A stretch of DNA of 64,000 nt from an uncultured Spirochaetota bacterium (lineage in GTDB: Bacteria; Spirochaetota; Spirochaetia; SZUA-6; Fen-1364), in contig CAVUXE010000022.1 in assembly GCA_963745235.1 (NCBI GenBank), positions 1 to 64,000 of the forward strand, written 5' to 3'. Position numbers and translations under genes: made by a program. The notes beneath the pieces were generated by a model. The model saw nothing but the letters and a program-made list of their open reading frames with translations, did not search any database and was not told where the DNA came from. Below, piece by piece: positions 43,187 to 52,682 of this stretch (positions within the stretch are counted from its first letter, which is position 1; each line of letters begins with the position of its first letter).

Positions 43187-44032
43187 TCATCCTTTCTCGC
43201 GGCGTTGCGCGCCCATCGTCAGCCTGGTGAAGCTTTGCATGTGGTCGACCATGGCAACTTCCGTCGGAAGCCGCTCCATGCTGGAGGCGCCCAGGAAGCC
43301 GTGAATCCCGGGCACCGCGGAGAAGACCGTCGCAACCTCGTGCGGCCCCGCGATCGGACCACCGTGGCAAAGGACGATCATGTCTGGATCCGCGCTGACG
43401 GCAACCGCGTGCATGCGGGTGAGCGTTTTGATTGCGCTCTCGAGCGACATGGCCGTCTTCGCTCCGATCATTCCCTGCGTCGTCAACCCCATATGCAGCA
43501 CGATGACGTCCGCACCCGCCTTCATCATTGCGGTCACCTCGGCGTCGTTGGCCACGTATGCCACGGTCAGCAGATCGAGGGCGTGCGCCTGGCGGATCAT
43601 GTCTACCTCACGGTCGAACCCAAGCCCGGTTTCCTCCAGGTTCGCCCGTATGATTCCATCGAACAGGCAGACAGTCGGGAAGTTCTGGACACCCGTGAAC
43701 CCGACGTCCTTCACCTGGCGGAGGAAATGCGGCATGACACGGAAAGGATCCGTGCCGCACACCCCCGCGACGACGGGGATCCGGGTGACCACGGGAAGGA
43801 TTTCCCCGCTCATCTCCATGACGATGGCGTTGGCGTCCCCGTACGGCATGAGACCCGCCATGGAGCTGCGCCCGGCCATGCGGTAGCGTCCCGAGTTGTA
43901 CACCACAATGAAATCCAGCCCCGCCGCCTCCGCGCACTTGGCGGAAAGGCCGGTGCCGGCCCCTCCCCCGATCACGGGATTCCCACGACGGATCTTGTCT
44001 CTGAGGGCCCCGAGGACCTCGCCACGATTCAT
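43187..44032 (-). CDS. PEP-hydrolase-like TIM-barrel protein (TIM-barrel signal transduction family)
   Basis: GGGAGTGLSAK, YNSGRYRMAG, GVQNFPTV, LCHGGPI, GASSMERLP. Confidence 0.92.
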   Translation of the reverse strand: MNRGEVLGALRDKIRRGNPVIGGGAGTGLSAKCAEAAGLDFIVVYNSGRYRMAGRSSMAGLMPYGDANAIVMEMSGEILPVVTRIPVVAGVCGTDPFRVMPHFLRQVKDVGFTGVQNFPTVCLFDGIIRANLEETGLGFDREVDMIRQAHALDLLTVAYVANDAEVTAMMKAGADVIVLHMGLTTQGMIGAKTAMSLESAIKTLTRMHAVAVSADPDMIVLCHGGPIAGPHEVATVFSAVPGIHGFLGASSMERLPTEVAMVDHMQSFTRLTMGAQRREKG

Positions 44033-45321
44033 GTGACCATCATCTCCCTTCTTCGCTCGAGCCATCCGGCGATGAGATCTGCCGCCGCGCCGGAAATCCG
44101 CGGATCGTTGATGTCGGCATCGAACTCCCTGACTTCTATGGACCCTCCGAGGCTGGACAGGAGTGACTCGAAAAGCGCTTCATCCGCCGCGGGGTCGTAA
44201 AAGGGCTGGCCGGCCACGGAGATCTGGGAAAGGCCCCGGCGCGGCACCAGGACAGCCACGGCACCGCGGGAGGCGTTGAGCTTCCGCGAGATGCGCCGAC
44301 CGAGCTCCGCGCATTCTTCCGGGGAGGTTCGCATGAGGGTGACGTTGGGGTTGTGCTGATGGAACAGTCGGTGAGCGAACCGCTCGGGCACCGTCTCCGG
44401 GGGACCGAAGTTCACCATGTCCAGCGCCCCGAGGCTCACGACCTGCGGAATCCCCACACTGGCAGCGGCGGTCAACCGCTCGGGGCCGGCCGAGCATACT
44501 CCGCCCACCAGGTCATCTGCCAGCTCCGTGGTCGTGATGTCCGCCACCGCCTGGATGTGTCCCGAGCGGATCAACGCCTCCATGCTGCGGCCGCCCACCC
44601 CGGTCGCGTGGAACGTGAGCGGCTCGATCTCCTTCAGGGCCAGGCGATCCCGGATTGCCGTACAGCATTGTGTGGTCACGCCGAACATCGAAATCCCCAC
44701 GACCGGCTTGTCCGCTTCGCTGTCCACGCCCGGCGCACGCGCCATGCCCGCGCACGCGGCCGCCGCGTTGGCAAGGACTTTGCGGGAGATCCTGTTCAGT
44801 CCGCTGATGTCGACGATGGGGTACACCAGGGTCATATCCGTGGCCCCGACGTACGCTCTGGTGTCTCCTGAGACGATGGTGGACACGAGCACCTTGGGAA
44901 GGCCCACGGGGAGCGCCGCCGCCACCGCGGACATCACGAACGCCGCGTTGGAGCCTCCCAACCCCATGACGGCATCCAGATTCCCCTCCTGGTGCAGGCG
45001 TCTGGCGATATTCGCGGCGCCGGCAGCCATGGCCGACATGGCCGCACCGCGATCAGCGTCCTCCTTCAGCCGGGAGAGGTCGGCGCCGCCCGCCCGGGCA
45101 ACTTCCTCACGCGTCACGTCGGCGGCGCCGCGCGGGCCGCCCAGGACACCCGTGTCCGCCACGATAACCTTGCAGCCTGCCTCCCGGAGGAGCTGGGCCA
45201 CGTAGCCGTACTCCTCCCCCTTGGTATCCAGCGCGCCAAACAGGCAGACGGAAGGTTGACGGGGGGGCGCCCCCCGGACGCCCCGGGATCCAGGCAAAGC
45301 TCGCCTATTTGATCGCGCCAA
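44029..45321 (-). CDS. Tm-1-like ATP-binding protein (UPF0261)
   Basis: LDTKGEE, LPVGLPKVLVST, MFGVTT, FHATGVGG, GALDMVNFG. Confidence 0.92.
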   Translation of the reverse strand: MARSNRRALPGSRGVRGAPPRQPSVCLFGALDTKGEEYGYVAQLLREAGCKVIVADTGVLGGPRGAADVTREEVARAGGADLSRLKEDADRGAAMSAMAAGAANIARRLHQEGNLDAVMGLGGSNAAFVMSAVAAALPVGLPKVLVSTIVSGDTRAYVGATDMTLVYPIVDISGLNRISRKVLANAAAACAGMARAPGVDSEADKPVVGISMFGVTTQCCTAIRDRLALKEIEPLTFHATGVGGRSMEALIRSGHIQAVADITTTELADDLVGGVCSAGPERLTAAASVGIPQVVSLGALDMVNFGPPETVPERFAHRLFHQHNPNVTLMRTSPEECAELGRRISRKLNASRGAVAVLVPRRGLSQISVAGQPFYDPAADEALFESLLSSLGGSIEVREFDADINDPRISGAAADLIAGWLERRREMMVT

Positions 45322-45521
45322 CGGAAAGCCCCCTCACCAACTGCCTCTGGAAGACTGCAGGAGCGGCAACGATGTCAGGAAAGCCAGGGCCATATTGGTG
45401 AAGAAACTAGCATTTGTGTCGACAGTCAAGTAATAAATGACATATTCCAACAGATTTATCGCTTAAGGCTCGGGGAGTCGTCTTAAATAACGCTATATTT
45501 AGTGCTTCATCGTCGCATTTA

Positions 45522-45551
45522 TTGACAATGACACCATAATTGGGGTAGCTT
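45522..45551 (+). promoter_or_regulatory. Putative promoter in the AT-rich divergent region
   Basis: TTGACA-18 nt-TAGCTT upstream of the ROK gene. Confidence 0.35.
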
Positions 45552-45560
45552 CCCTATCGA

Positions 45561-46790
45561 ATGAGCAAGAAGCACGTTCGTCCCCTTGTGACATGGAGCT
45601 TGAAGGATTCTCCTGGAATGTCTCGACGCGACGGCGCAGGAGAAGTGCTGGAGCTGATCCGCAAGGGCCGGGCCGAGAAGATCGGAGATATCGCAACCGC
45701 CATGGGGATGGCGCGCTCCACGGTTGCCCTCCGGGTGGACCGGCTCGTCCGCAAGGGGCTGGTCGTATCCGCCCGCGGAGAGTCAGCCTCCCGCCGCGGA
45801 AGGCGGGCCGTCGTCCTGAGGTTCAATCACGGAGGCGGGATCATCCTTTCGGCCCACATGGGAATGACGGGCGCCCGGGTGGCGGCAACAGACCTCGCCG
45901 GCACCATCCTGGAGCGAAGATCTCTGGGCTTCTCCATTGGCTCGGGTCCCGAGGCTGTGGTGGCGAAGCTCGAAGAGAGTTTCCGGGAGCTCCTGGCCGT
46001 GGTCACGAAGAATGGCGCGCGACTCATGGGGATCGGCATCGGCATTCCGAGCCTGGTAGAGTTGTTCACGGCTCGACAGCCTCTGGTTCACGCCTGGGAC
46101 AACTTTTCCATTGCCGACCGCTTGAGCGCTTCCTTCGGGGCGCGCACCCTGGTTGATCATGATGTCTCACTCATGGCGCTCGCCGAGCAGCGTCTCGTCT
46201 GGCCTGACGCTGAAGTCTTCCTGTGCGTCAAGGTAGGGACCGTCATCGGGTGCGGTGTTGTTGTCGGAGGCCACGTTGTGCGGGGCGCGCAGGGGATGGC
46301 AGGGGAGATCGGTCACGTGCAGGTGAGCGGAAAGGACGCCCCCTGCTGGTGCGGAAATGCAGGATGCCTCGACGCCGTGGCCGGCGGGGGAGTCCTCGCT
46401 TCCGCATTGGGCGCTCGCGGGTTGCCCTGTTCATCCGCGAAAGACCTGGCCACCCTGGCTGCCGCCGGCGTGCCGGAAGCCGTCCAGGCGGTCCGCACGG
46501 CGGGACGCGACATCGGGGAGGTGCTATCGAGCTCAATAAACCTGCTGAACCCGAGCGTGATCGGCTTCTGGGGTTACCTCGCGGAGGCTGAAGAGCCGTT
46601 GTTCGCCGGCTTGCGGGAAACCATCTACCAGCGTTCCCTGCCCGCCGCAACCCGAAACCTGCAGCTCGTCCGCTCCCATCTCGGTGACGATGCCGGGACC
46701 ATCGGGGCTGCACGGATGGCCATCGAGGAAGTCCTGAAAGAGGAGATGGCGGAAGAACCGTCCGCCGCGGTGTCCGAGCCGCCCGCCTGA
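45561..46790 (+). CDS. ROK family transcriptional regulator
   Basis: N-terminal HTH, GxxGEIGH, CWCGNAGCL; alternative start at 45618. Confidence 0.93.
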   Translation: MSKKHVRPLVTWSLKDSPGMSRRDGAGEVLELIRKGRAEKIGDIATAMGMARSTVALRVDRLVRKGLVVSARGESASRRGRRAVVLRFNHGGGIILSAHMGMTGARVAATDLAGTILERRSLGFSIGSGPEAVVAKLEESFRELLAVVTKNGARLMGIGIGIPSLVELFTARQPLVHAWDNFSIADRLSASFGARTLVDHDVSLMALAEQRLVWPDAEVFLCVKVGTVIGCGVVVGGHVVRGAQGMAGEIGHVQVSGKDAPCWCGNAGCLDAVAGGGVLASALGARGLPCSSAKDLATLAAAGVPEAVQAVRTAGRDIGEVLSSSINLLNPSVIGFWGYLAEAEEPLFAGLRETIYQRSLPAATRNLQLVRSHLGDDAGTIGAARMAIEEVLKEEMAEEPSAAVSEPPA

Positions 46791-46864
46791 GGGGAAGAGG
46801 CCCTGGGCTGATGAGGACCGCCGCTTCGTGGTAGACTCGGTGGGGAGATCAGGAGAGAGGAGCC

Positions 46865-49800
46865 TTGGCGGATACCATCGAGACGCTGCAGGCGGAGCCC
46901 GCACCGCCTGGCCTGGCTGAAGAGGCCATCCTCACCACCCACCGCATCCTTGCGGCGTTCGGCCGCGACAGCCGTACCTTGGACGTCCTCCACGCTGACC
47001 TGTTCGACTCCCGGTCCGCCGTCGCCCTCTCCGCCCTCGAGGCGGTGAGCGCAATTGCGGACCGCCGCAGCTTCGTGTACGTGGCGCGCCTGTTCAACCA
47101 CCCGGACCCGTCCATCGTTTGCGCTGCCGTGCAGGCGGCGGGAACCATAGCCCTGCCGGAAGGGCTTCCCCTTCTCCTTTCGCTTTCTACCAATACCCGG
47201 GATGAGACTGTGAAGCTGGAAGTCCTCCGCGCGCTCGTCCGCGGCTTTCCGAGCTCACCAGAGACCCGCCAGCTTGCTCTGACGCTGTCCCTTTCAGTGG
47301 CCGTTCAACCTGAGATCCGCACCGCGTGCCTCGAGATGCTTGCCCAGATTCCGGGAACGGGAAGCCCCGTGGAGCTGGCCGCGCAGCACCCCGATATTCT
47401 GCCCTTCCTTCTCAAGAAAGCCAAGAAAGACGACAGCCTCTGCCAGGCGCTCCTTGCCGCATATGAAAGCACCCATGCGCAGAACCCGGTGGCTCTCCGG
47501 GCGGCGCTTGTCTCCCTTGCCGCATCCTTTTCCTCGAAGCCGGCGCTTTCCATCTTCCTCGAATCTCTGCAGGGGGAGAATCCCACCGTGCGGCGGGAGT
47601 GCTACCGCCATCTCGGAGCCCACCCGGGCCAGATACCCGGCTTCGATGCTGTTTGCGCCGTGCTGGTCGGGACGGTGGAAAGCGATCCATCGATGGAGGA
47701 AGAGGCCCTGGCGGCCATCGATTCGATGGAATCCTCCCTGCAGACGGCCGGATCGACCCCTTCCCTGCCGTCCCTCGCCGGCTTGTCCGCGGTCATCGGC
47801 GGATCGTTCGATGAGCTGCGCTCTGCCGTGCGCGCGGATCTTGACACTTCCCACGAGATGGGCCAGCAGATCGCGAGCGCCAAGGAATACCTGGAGTTCA
47901 ATCTCAGTGAGGAGATAAAGAAGGTATTTCTCCAGTCCATCAGGAGCGGAGCAGGCCAGCACTTGAGGCGTGAGTGCGCCCTCGCGTTGAAGGATTCCGC
48001 GGTGCGGCTCGAACCGCGCCATGTCGAGGGATACAAGATCATGGTTTCCCTGCTCGGAGATCCGGGCCGCGCCGGTGTCGCGCTTTTCATGAGGAACCTC
48101 GTGCACGCAGACACCGGCAAGCGAAACATTCTCTGTCGGCTCAAGCGGTCACTCGCCCTGGCGCGACTGGCGCCTCCCGCCGAGTCCAAAGAGCTGTTCC
48201 TCTCTCTTCTGGAGTGGGCGCGGACCATGAAGCTCTTCCGCCTGGCAGAGCTTGCACTGTTCGCCCTGCACCGCGTGGATCCCTCCGCGGCCCTCACCGT
48301 CTGCCGCGAGTTCATGACCCCGCCCGTGGCCAACAAGTTCCTCGCCACCGCGGCCTTCGATCTCCTGAAGGAAATGGACCTCGCGGCAATGGAGCCGGCG
48401 ATAATCGGACTGCTGCACGAGAACGACCGATACATCCGCCTCCTGCTCCTGGAATCCCTCGCCTCCGTGGAGACCTTGCCCGGGCGTGAATCTTTCCCGC
48501 GCCCTCCTTCAGCTCTTCTGCACGGAAGCGGACACGGAGATCACCTCCAAGCTCGTCGATCTTCTGGGAGCGAGGGGAGACGAGGTGGTCGCACGGGCGC
48601 TCACCGAGGTCTATGACCGGCTCGACCCGTGGAAGAAGACGCTCGCGATTTCCCTTCTCAGCCGCATCGCGCAGAGAACGGGTGCGGACAGCAGACCCAT
48701 CCTCACCGAGTTCCTCTACCGTGTCCTCCGCGCCGACTCACCGCCGGTCCTCGCGCGGGTGCCGTCAGCGCTGATCGCCCTGGGGGACGACTACGCTCCC
48801 AACGTGCTGCGCGACCTGCTTCCGCGCCTCGGCGCGGCGGAGCAAGCCACCCTGGTGAGGGACCTGCGGGACACCCTGCGGCCCGCGGTGATAGCCGTGA
48901 TCTGGTCACTCCTGCGGGAAAAGGATCCGGGCCTGCAACAGACCCTCCGTGAGATTCTGCCCCGCACCTCGGATCCCCGCGCTCAGCAACTGCTCGTCAG
49001 CATGGTGCGCACCCTGCGCACGAACATCAGCGAGGTCGAGCCGGAGAAAACAGAGGCAGCCGTGCAGGAGGCCGCCCGTCTTTCTTCGGAGAAAGAGACG
49101 TACCGCTTCGAACGGGAGCACACCATCGAGTGCGCGGTGCTGTTCACCGACATCCAGGACTACTCCGTCAAGGCGCAGGAGATCTCCGCGCTGGAGTTGG
49201 GCGCCCTGCTCCAGGAGTACGAGGGGATCCTCCTTCCCATCCTGGATGCCCACGAAGGGACCCTGGTGAAAAGGATGGGAGACGGACACCTGTTCGTCTT
49301 CCGCAAGCGGCTTTCCGCGGTGCTGGCCGCAATCCGGCTGCAGAAAGCCCTGCGGCGCTACAACCGTTTCCGCCCGGAGAAACAGCGGGTGCAGGTCAGG
49401 ATCGGCATCCACTGGGGGGAGGTGGTCGAAAGACCCGGCGACGTGCTTGGCAACACGGTGAACATAGCCTCCCGTTTGCAGTCCGTGGCATTGGGCGGTT
49501 CCACCTGCATGTCGCACGAGGTGTACAGCAAGGTGGCGGACTGGATTCATGCGAACGATCTGGGTACGCTCAAGATCAAAGGCATCCGGGACCCGATCCG
49601 GGCCTGGGAGCCCACGGAGGCCGCCCTTGGCATGCCTGCGGACCTGGATCCGCTCAAGCGGGGCGGCCCCCGGGACGCTGCGTCCCGCATCAACAGCCTC
49701 GACGGCACCTTTTCCCGCTCTCACGATGATGTGCTGGTGGCAGTCCTTTCGCAGACCTTCCAGCACCTCCAAGCCGTCAGCCGCAAGAGCGCCCGCAGCG

Positions 49801-49919
49801 GAGAAGAGGCCGTTATCGATGACGAGTTCCTCAAGGCGTGGGAGACTCTCCAGTCCCTGTTCCCCTCGATTGCGGACAGCGACAATCAGCCAGGCTCGAC
49901 GGAACCTCAGAACGAATGA
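46865..49919 (+). CDS. HEAT-repeat protein with C-terminal class III adenylyl cyclase, frameshift ~48483
   Basis: Helical HEAT-like repeats; AVLFTDIQDYS, VKRMGDG, DVLGNTVNIASRLQ; ORFs 46865-48616 and 48486-49919 join at CCCGGG. Confidence 0.8.
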
Positions 49920-49933
49920 TCAAGGAGAGACGC

Positions 49934-50632
49934 ATGCGTGAACCAGCGGCAGAGGTGCGCTCCGAACCGCTCTTTCTGGCGGGCGCAATTGCGGCGCTCG
50001 TGACCCTTGTCATGACGATCGTTCCTCTTGCCCTCGTATTCAGCGTGCCGCAGCCTCCGCTCAGCGGCGGCGCAGAGCTTCTGAGGTACATCGGCTCCAA
50101 CAAGGCCGTCTACATCCTCGAGCTTGCAACTTTTGCCGGCCTGGGCCTCCCGGCGCTGGTTGTGTTCCTTTCACTTGCCGTGGCGCTGAAAGACAGGGAC
50201 AGGACCCTTGCCGTGGTGGGAGGGGTCATCGGCGTCGGTTCGGAAATCATCGCGCTGGCCGTCAACAGCAGCCCGCCGTCGCTCCACGCCGGCCTCGTGG
50301 TCCTGAGCGACCAGTTTGCCGCCGCCGCGACGGAGGCGGGGCGGGCCGCACTTGCCGCCGCGGCAGACGGCCTTATGGCCATCGCAAACACGGTCACTCC
50401 GGCAGGCATCATGACGGCACTCGCGATTCTGCTCCTGTCGATCGCCATGGTGAGGGGGCCTTTTCCGAAATGGTTCGCATGGGTCGGCGTTGTGACGGGC
50501 GCCCTTGGAGCCTTTTCCGAAGCGCTTCGCAACCTGATAGGCGCGGCGTACGCCCTCTATGGGCTTCTCCTCCTGGTCTGGTTTGCAGGTGTCGGCCTGG
50601 TGCTGTTCAGGTTGTCAAGGACAGGACCGTAA
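49934..50632 (+). CDS. Membrane protein (DUF4386-like)
   Basis: About six hydrophobic segments, FPKWFAWVG; AGGAG RBS. Confidence 0.65.
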   Translation: MREPAAEVRSEPLFLAGAIAALVTLVMTIVPLALVFSVPQPPLSGGAELLRYIGSNKAVYILELATFAGLGLPALVVFLSLAVALKDRDRTLAVVGGVIGVGSEIIALAVNSSPPSLHAGLVVLSDQFAAAATEAGRAALAAAADGLMAIANTVTPAGIMTALAILLLSIAMVRGPFPKWFAWVGVVTGALGAFSEALRNLIGAAYALYGLLLLVWFAGVGLVLFRLSRTGP

Positions 50633-50646
50633 CAGCCCGCTGCACC

Positions 50647-50967
50647 CTACTGCAGGATTGACCACGCGGCCGGGCTGAGGTCCGTCACGACAATCGATGA
50701 AGAATCGAGGACCGAGTCTATCCGGGGAGCGATCACGTTCTTCCACTGGTCGCTCTCGTAGACCTTGCGATACTGGCGTTTCCTTTCCGCCTCGTTCTTG
50801 AATCGTCTGAGCCACACGTAGAGATCCTTCTCCTTCGGAGCGGTGAACCCCGCGGGAATTACCATTCCCTGGGAAGCCTGGAACGGTACGATCTGCTCCT
50901 CCATCAGCTTCATCCACTGCTTCATCTTGCCTTTCTTCACCCGGTACTGTCGAAGCTCGTATATCAC
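50647..50967 (-). CDS. NIPSNAP family protein
   Basis: IYELRQYRVKKGK...YVWLRRF. Confidence 0.85.
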   Translation of the reverse strand: MIYELRQYRVKKGKMKQWMKLMEEQIVPFQASQGMVIPAGFTAPKEKDLYVWLRRFKNEAERKRQYRKVYESDQWKNVIAPRIDSVLDSSSIVVTDLSPAAWSILQ

Positions 50968-51079
50968 TGCCCTCTCCTTTCCCAGTCGAAAATGCTTGAA
51001 TTGTCAGCCGATCCGTGATAGCCTACGATTATCGTAGAAAGTGTGGCTGTTGTCTACACTTTTCGTAGGAGGTGGTCGA

Positions 51080-52192
51080 ATGAAGGTCGGCTGCGTCAAG
51101 GAAATCAAGAAGCACGAGTATCGGGTGGGCATGACTCCGCACTGCGTACAGTCGTACGTCGCCCACGGTCACCAGGTAGTCATCCAGGCAGGGGCGGGAA
51201 CGGATGCCGGGTTCGAGGATGCCGAATACGAGACGGCTGGCGCGCGGATCGAGGCTGACCGAAAGAAGATCTTCGCCGGCAGCGACATGATCATCAAGGT
51301 CAAGGAGCCCCAACCCGAGGAATACCCGATGCTGCGCGAGGGACAGGTCCTCTTCACCTATCTTCACCTTGCGGCGGACGAGCAGCAAACCCGGGCTCTG
51401 CTGGGACGCAAGATCAAGGGCGTTGCATATGAGACCATCCGTTTGCCGGATGGGACGCTGCCCTGCCTCAAGCCAATGAGCGAAATTGCGGGCCGCTTGA
51501 GCGTGCAGGAGGGGGCAAAATACCTGGAGAAGCCGTTCGGGGGGCGCGGTGTGCTCCTGGGAGGCGTGCCCGGCGTGGCGCGCGGCCGCGTGGGCATCCT
51601 GGGCGGCGGAGTGGTGGGCATGAACGCGGCAAAGGTGGCTGTCGGTTTCGGAGCCGACGTGACCGTTCTGGATGTGAACCCGAATCGACTTGCCTACCTG
51701 GACGATATTTTCCGCGGCGAGCTGGCCACACTGTATTCCACGGAGAAGAACATCCGGGACGTGGTGGCTGAGAGCGACCTGGTCATCGGGGCGGTGCTCA
51801 TTCCCGGCACCCAGGCTCCCCGGCTCATCCGGCGCGAGCACCTGCGGCTGATGAAAAAGAGGTCCGTCATCGTCGATGTGGCCGTGGACCAGGGCGGCTG
51901 CGTCGAGACCACCCATCCCACGACGCATGACGATCCGGTCTACGAAGTGGATGGAGTCGTTCACTACTGCGTCGCCAACATGCCGGGGGCTGTCGCCTTG
52001 ACGAGCACCCTCGCGTTGACCAGCAGCACCCTGTTCTACGGGTTGACCATCGCGGATCTTGGGCTGGAGGAGGCGTGCCGCAGGAACCCTGACCTGATGC
52101 AGGGCCTCAACATCTACGAAGGCAACTGCACGTACCAGGGCGTGGCGAAAGCCTTCGACCTTGCCTTCACGTCTCCTGGCACGCTCCTGTAA
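51080..52192 (+). CDS. ald: Alanine dehydrogenase
   Basis: KEIKKHEYRVG, KVKEP, FTYLHLA, PMSEIAGR, VDVAVDQGGC, HYCVANMPGAV. Confidence 0.97.
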   Translation: MKVGCVKEIKKHEYRVGMTPHCVQSYVAHGHQVVIQAGAGTDAGFEDAEYETAGARIEADRKKIFAGSDMIIKVKEPQPEEYPMLREGQVLFTYLHLAADEQQTRALLGRKIKGVAYETIRLPDGTLPCLKPMSEIAGRLSVQEGAKYLEKPFGGRGVLLGGVPGVARGRVGILGGGVVGMNAAKVAVGFGADVTVLDVNPNRLAYLDDIFRGELATLYSTEKNIRDVVAESDLVIGAVLIPGTQAPRLIRREHLRLMKKRSVIVDVAVDQGGCVETTHPTTHDDPVYEVDGVVHYCVANMPGAVALTSTLALTSSTLFYGLTIADLGLEEACRRNPDLMQGLNIYEGNCTYQGVAKAFDLAFTSPGTLL

Positions 52193-52199
52193 GGGACCG

Positions 52200-52634
52200 A
52201 TGCAGCCAGACGACACGGACTGGAAGATCATCTCCATTCTCAAGACGGGCGCCGTTCCCAACAACACGATCGCCCGCAAGCTCGGAGTTTCGGAAGGAAC
52301 CGTGAGGGCCCGCCTCAAGCGTCTCAAGGAGGCGGGCATCCTCCAGATCCGGGCGCTCATCAACCCGGACGTTCTCTCGAACAAGCAGCTTGTCATCGTT
52401 GCCGTCCGCGTGGCGGAGTCCAAGCTCCTGGAGCGGAAAGCCGAGGAGCTTGCGCGGCTGGAGAACGTCCTGTCCGTGTCCATTGCCTCCGGGCGCTACG
52501 ACCTGATCGCGGAGGTGCTCCTGGACTCCAACCGGGGGCTCGTGCGCTTTCTGACAGAGGAGCTTTCTTCCATAGAAGGCATCCTTGCCTCGGAAAGCTT
52601 CATCATGCTGAAGAACTACAACAAGTACGTGTGA
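52200..52634 (+). CDS. Lrp/AsnC family regulator
   Basis: DDTDWKII, IARKLGVSEGTVRARLKRL, SGRYDL. Confidence 0.92.
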   Translation: MQPDDTDWKIISILKTGAVPNNTIARKLGVSEGTVRARLKRLKEAGILQIRALINPDVLSNKQLVIVAVRVAESKLLERKAEELARLENVLSVSIASGRYDLIAEVLLDSNRGLVRFLTEELSSIEGILASESFIMLKNYNKYV

Positions 52635-52664
52635 AAAACGGGCGTGGAGCTGTTCGCCGCGGAG

Positions 52665-52673
52665 TGCTACACT
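52665..52673 (+). promoter_or_regulatory. Extended -10 element 6 nt before ATG 52680 (leaderless-type)
   Basis: TGcTACACT-GGCGAA-ATG. Confidence 0.45.
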
Positions 52674-52682
52674 GGCGAAATG

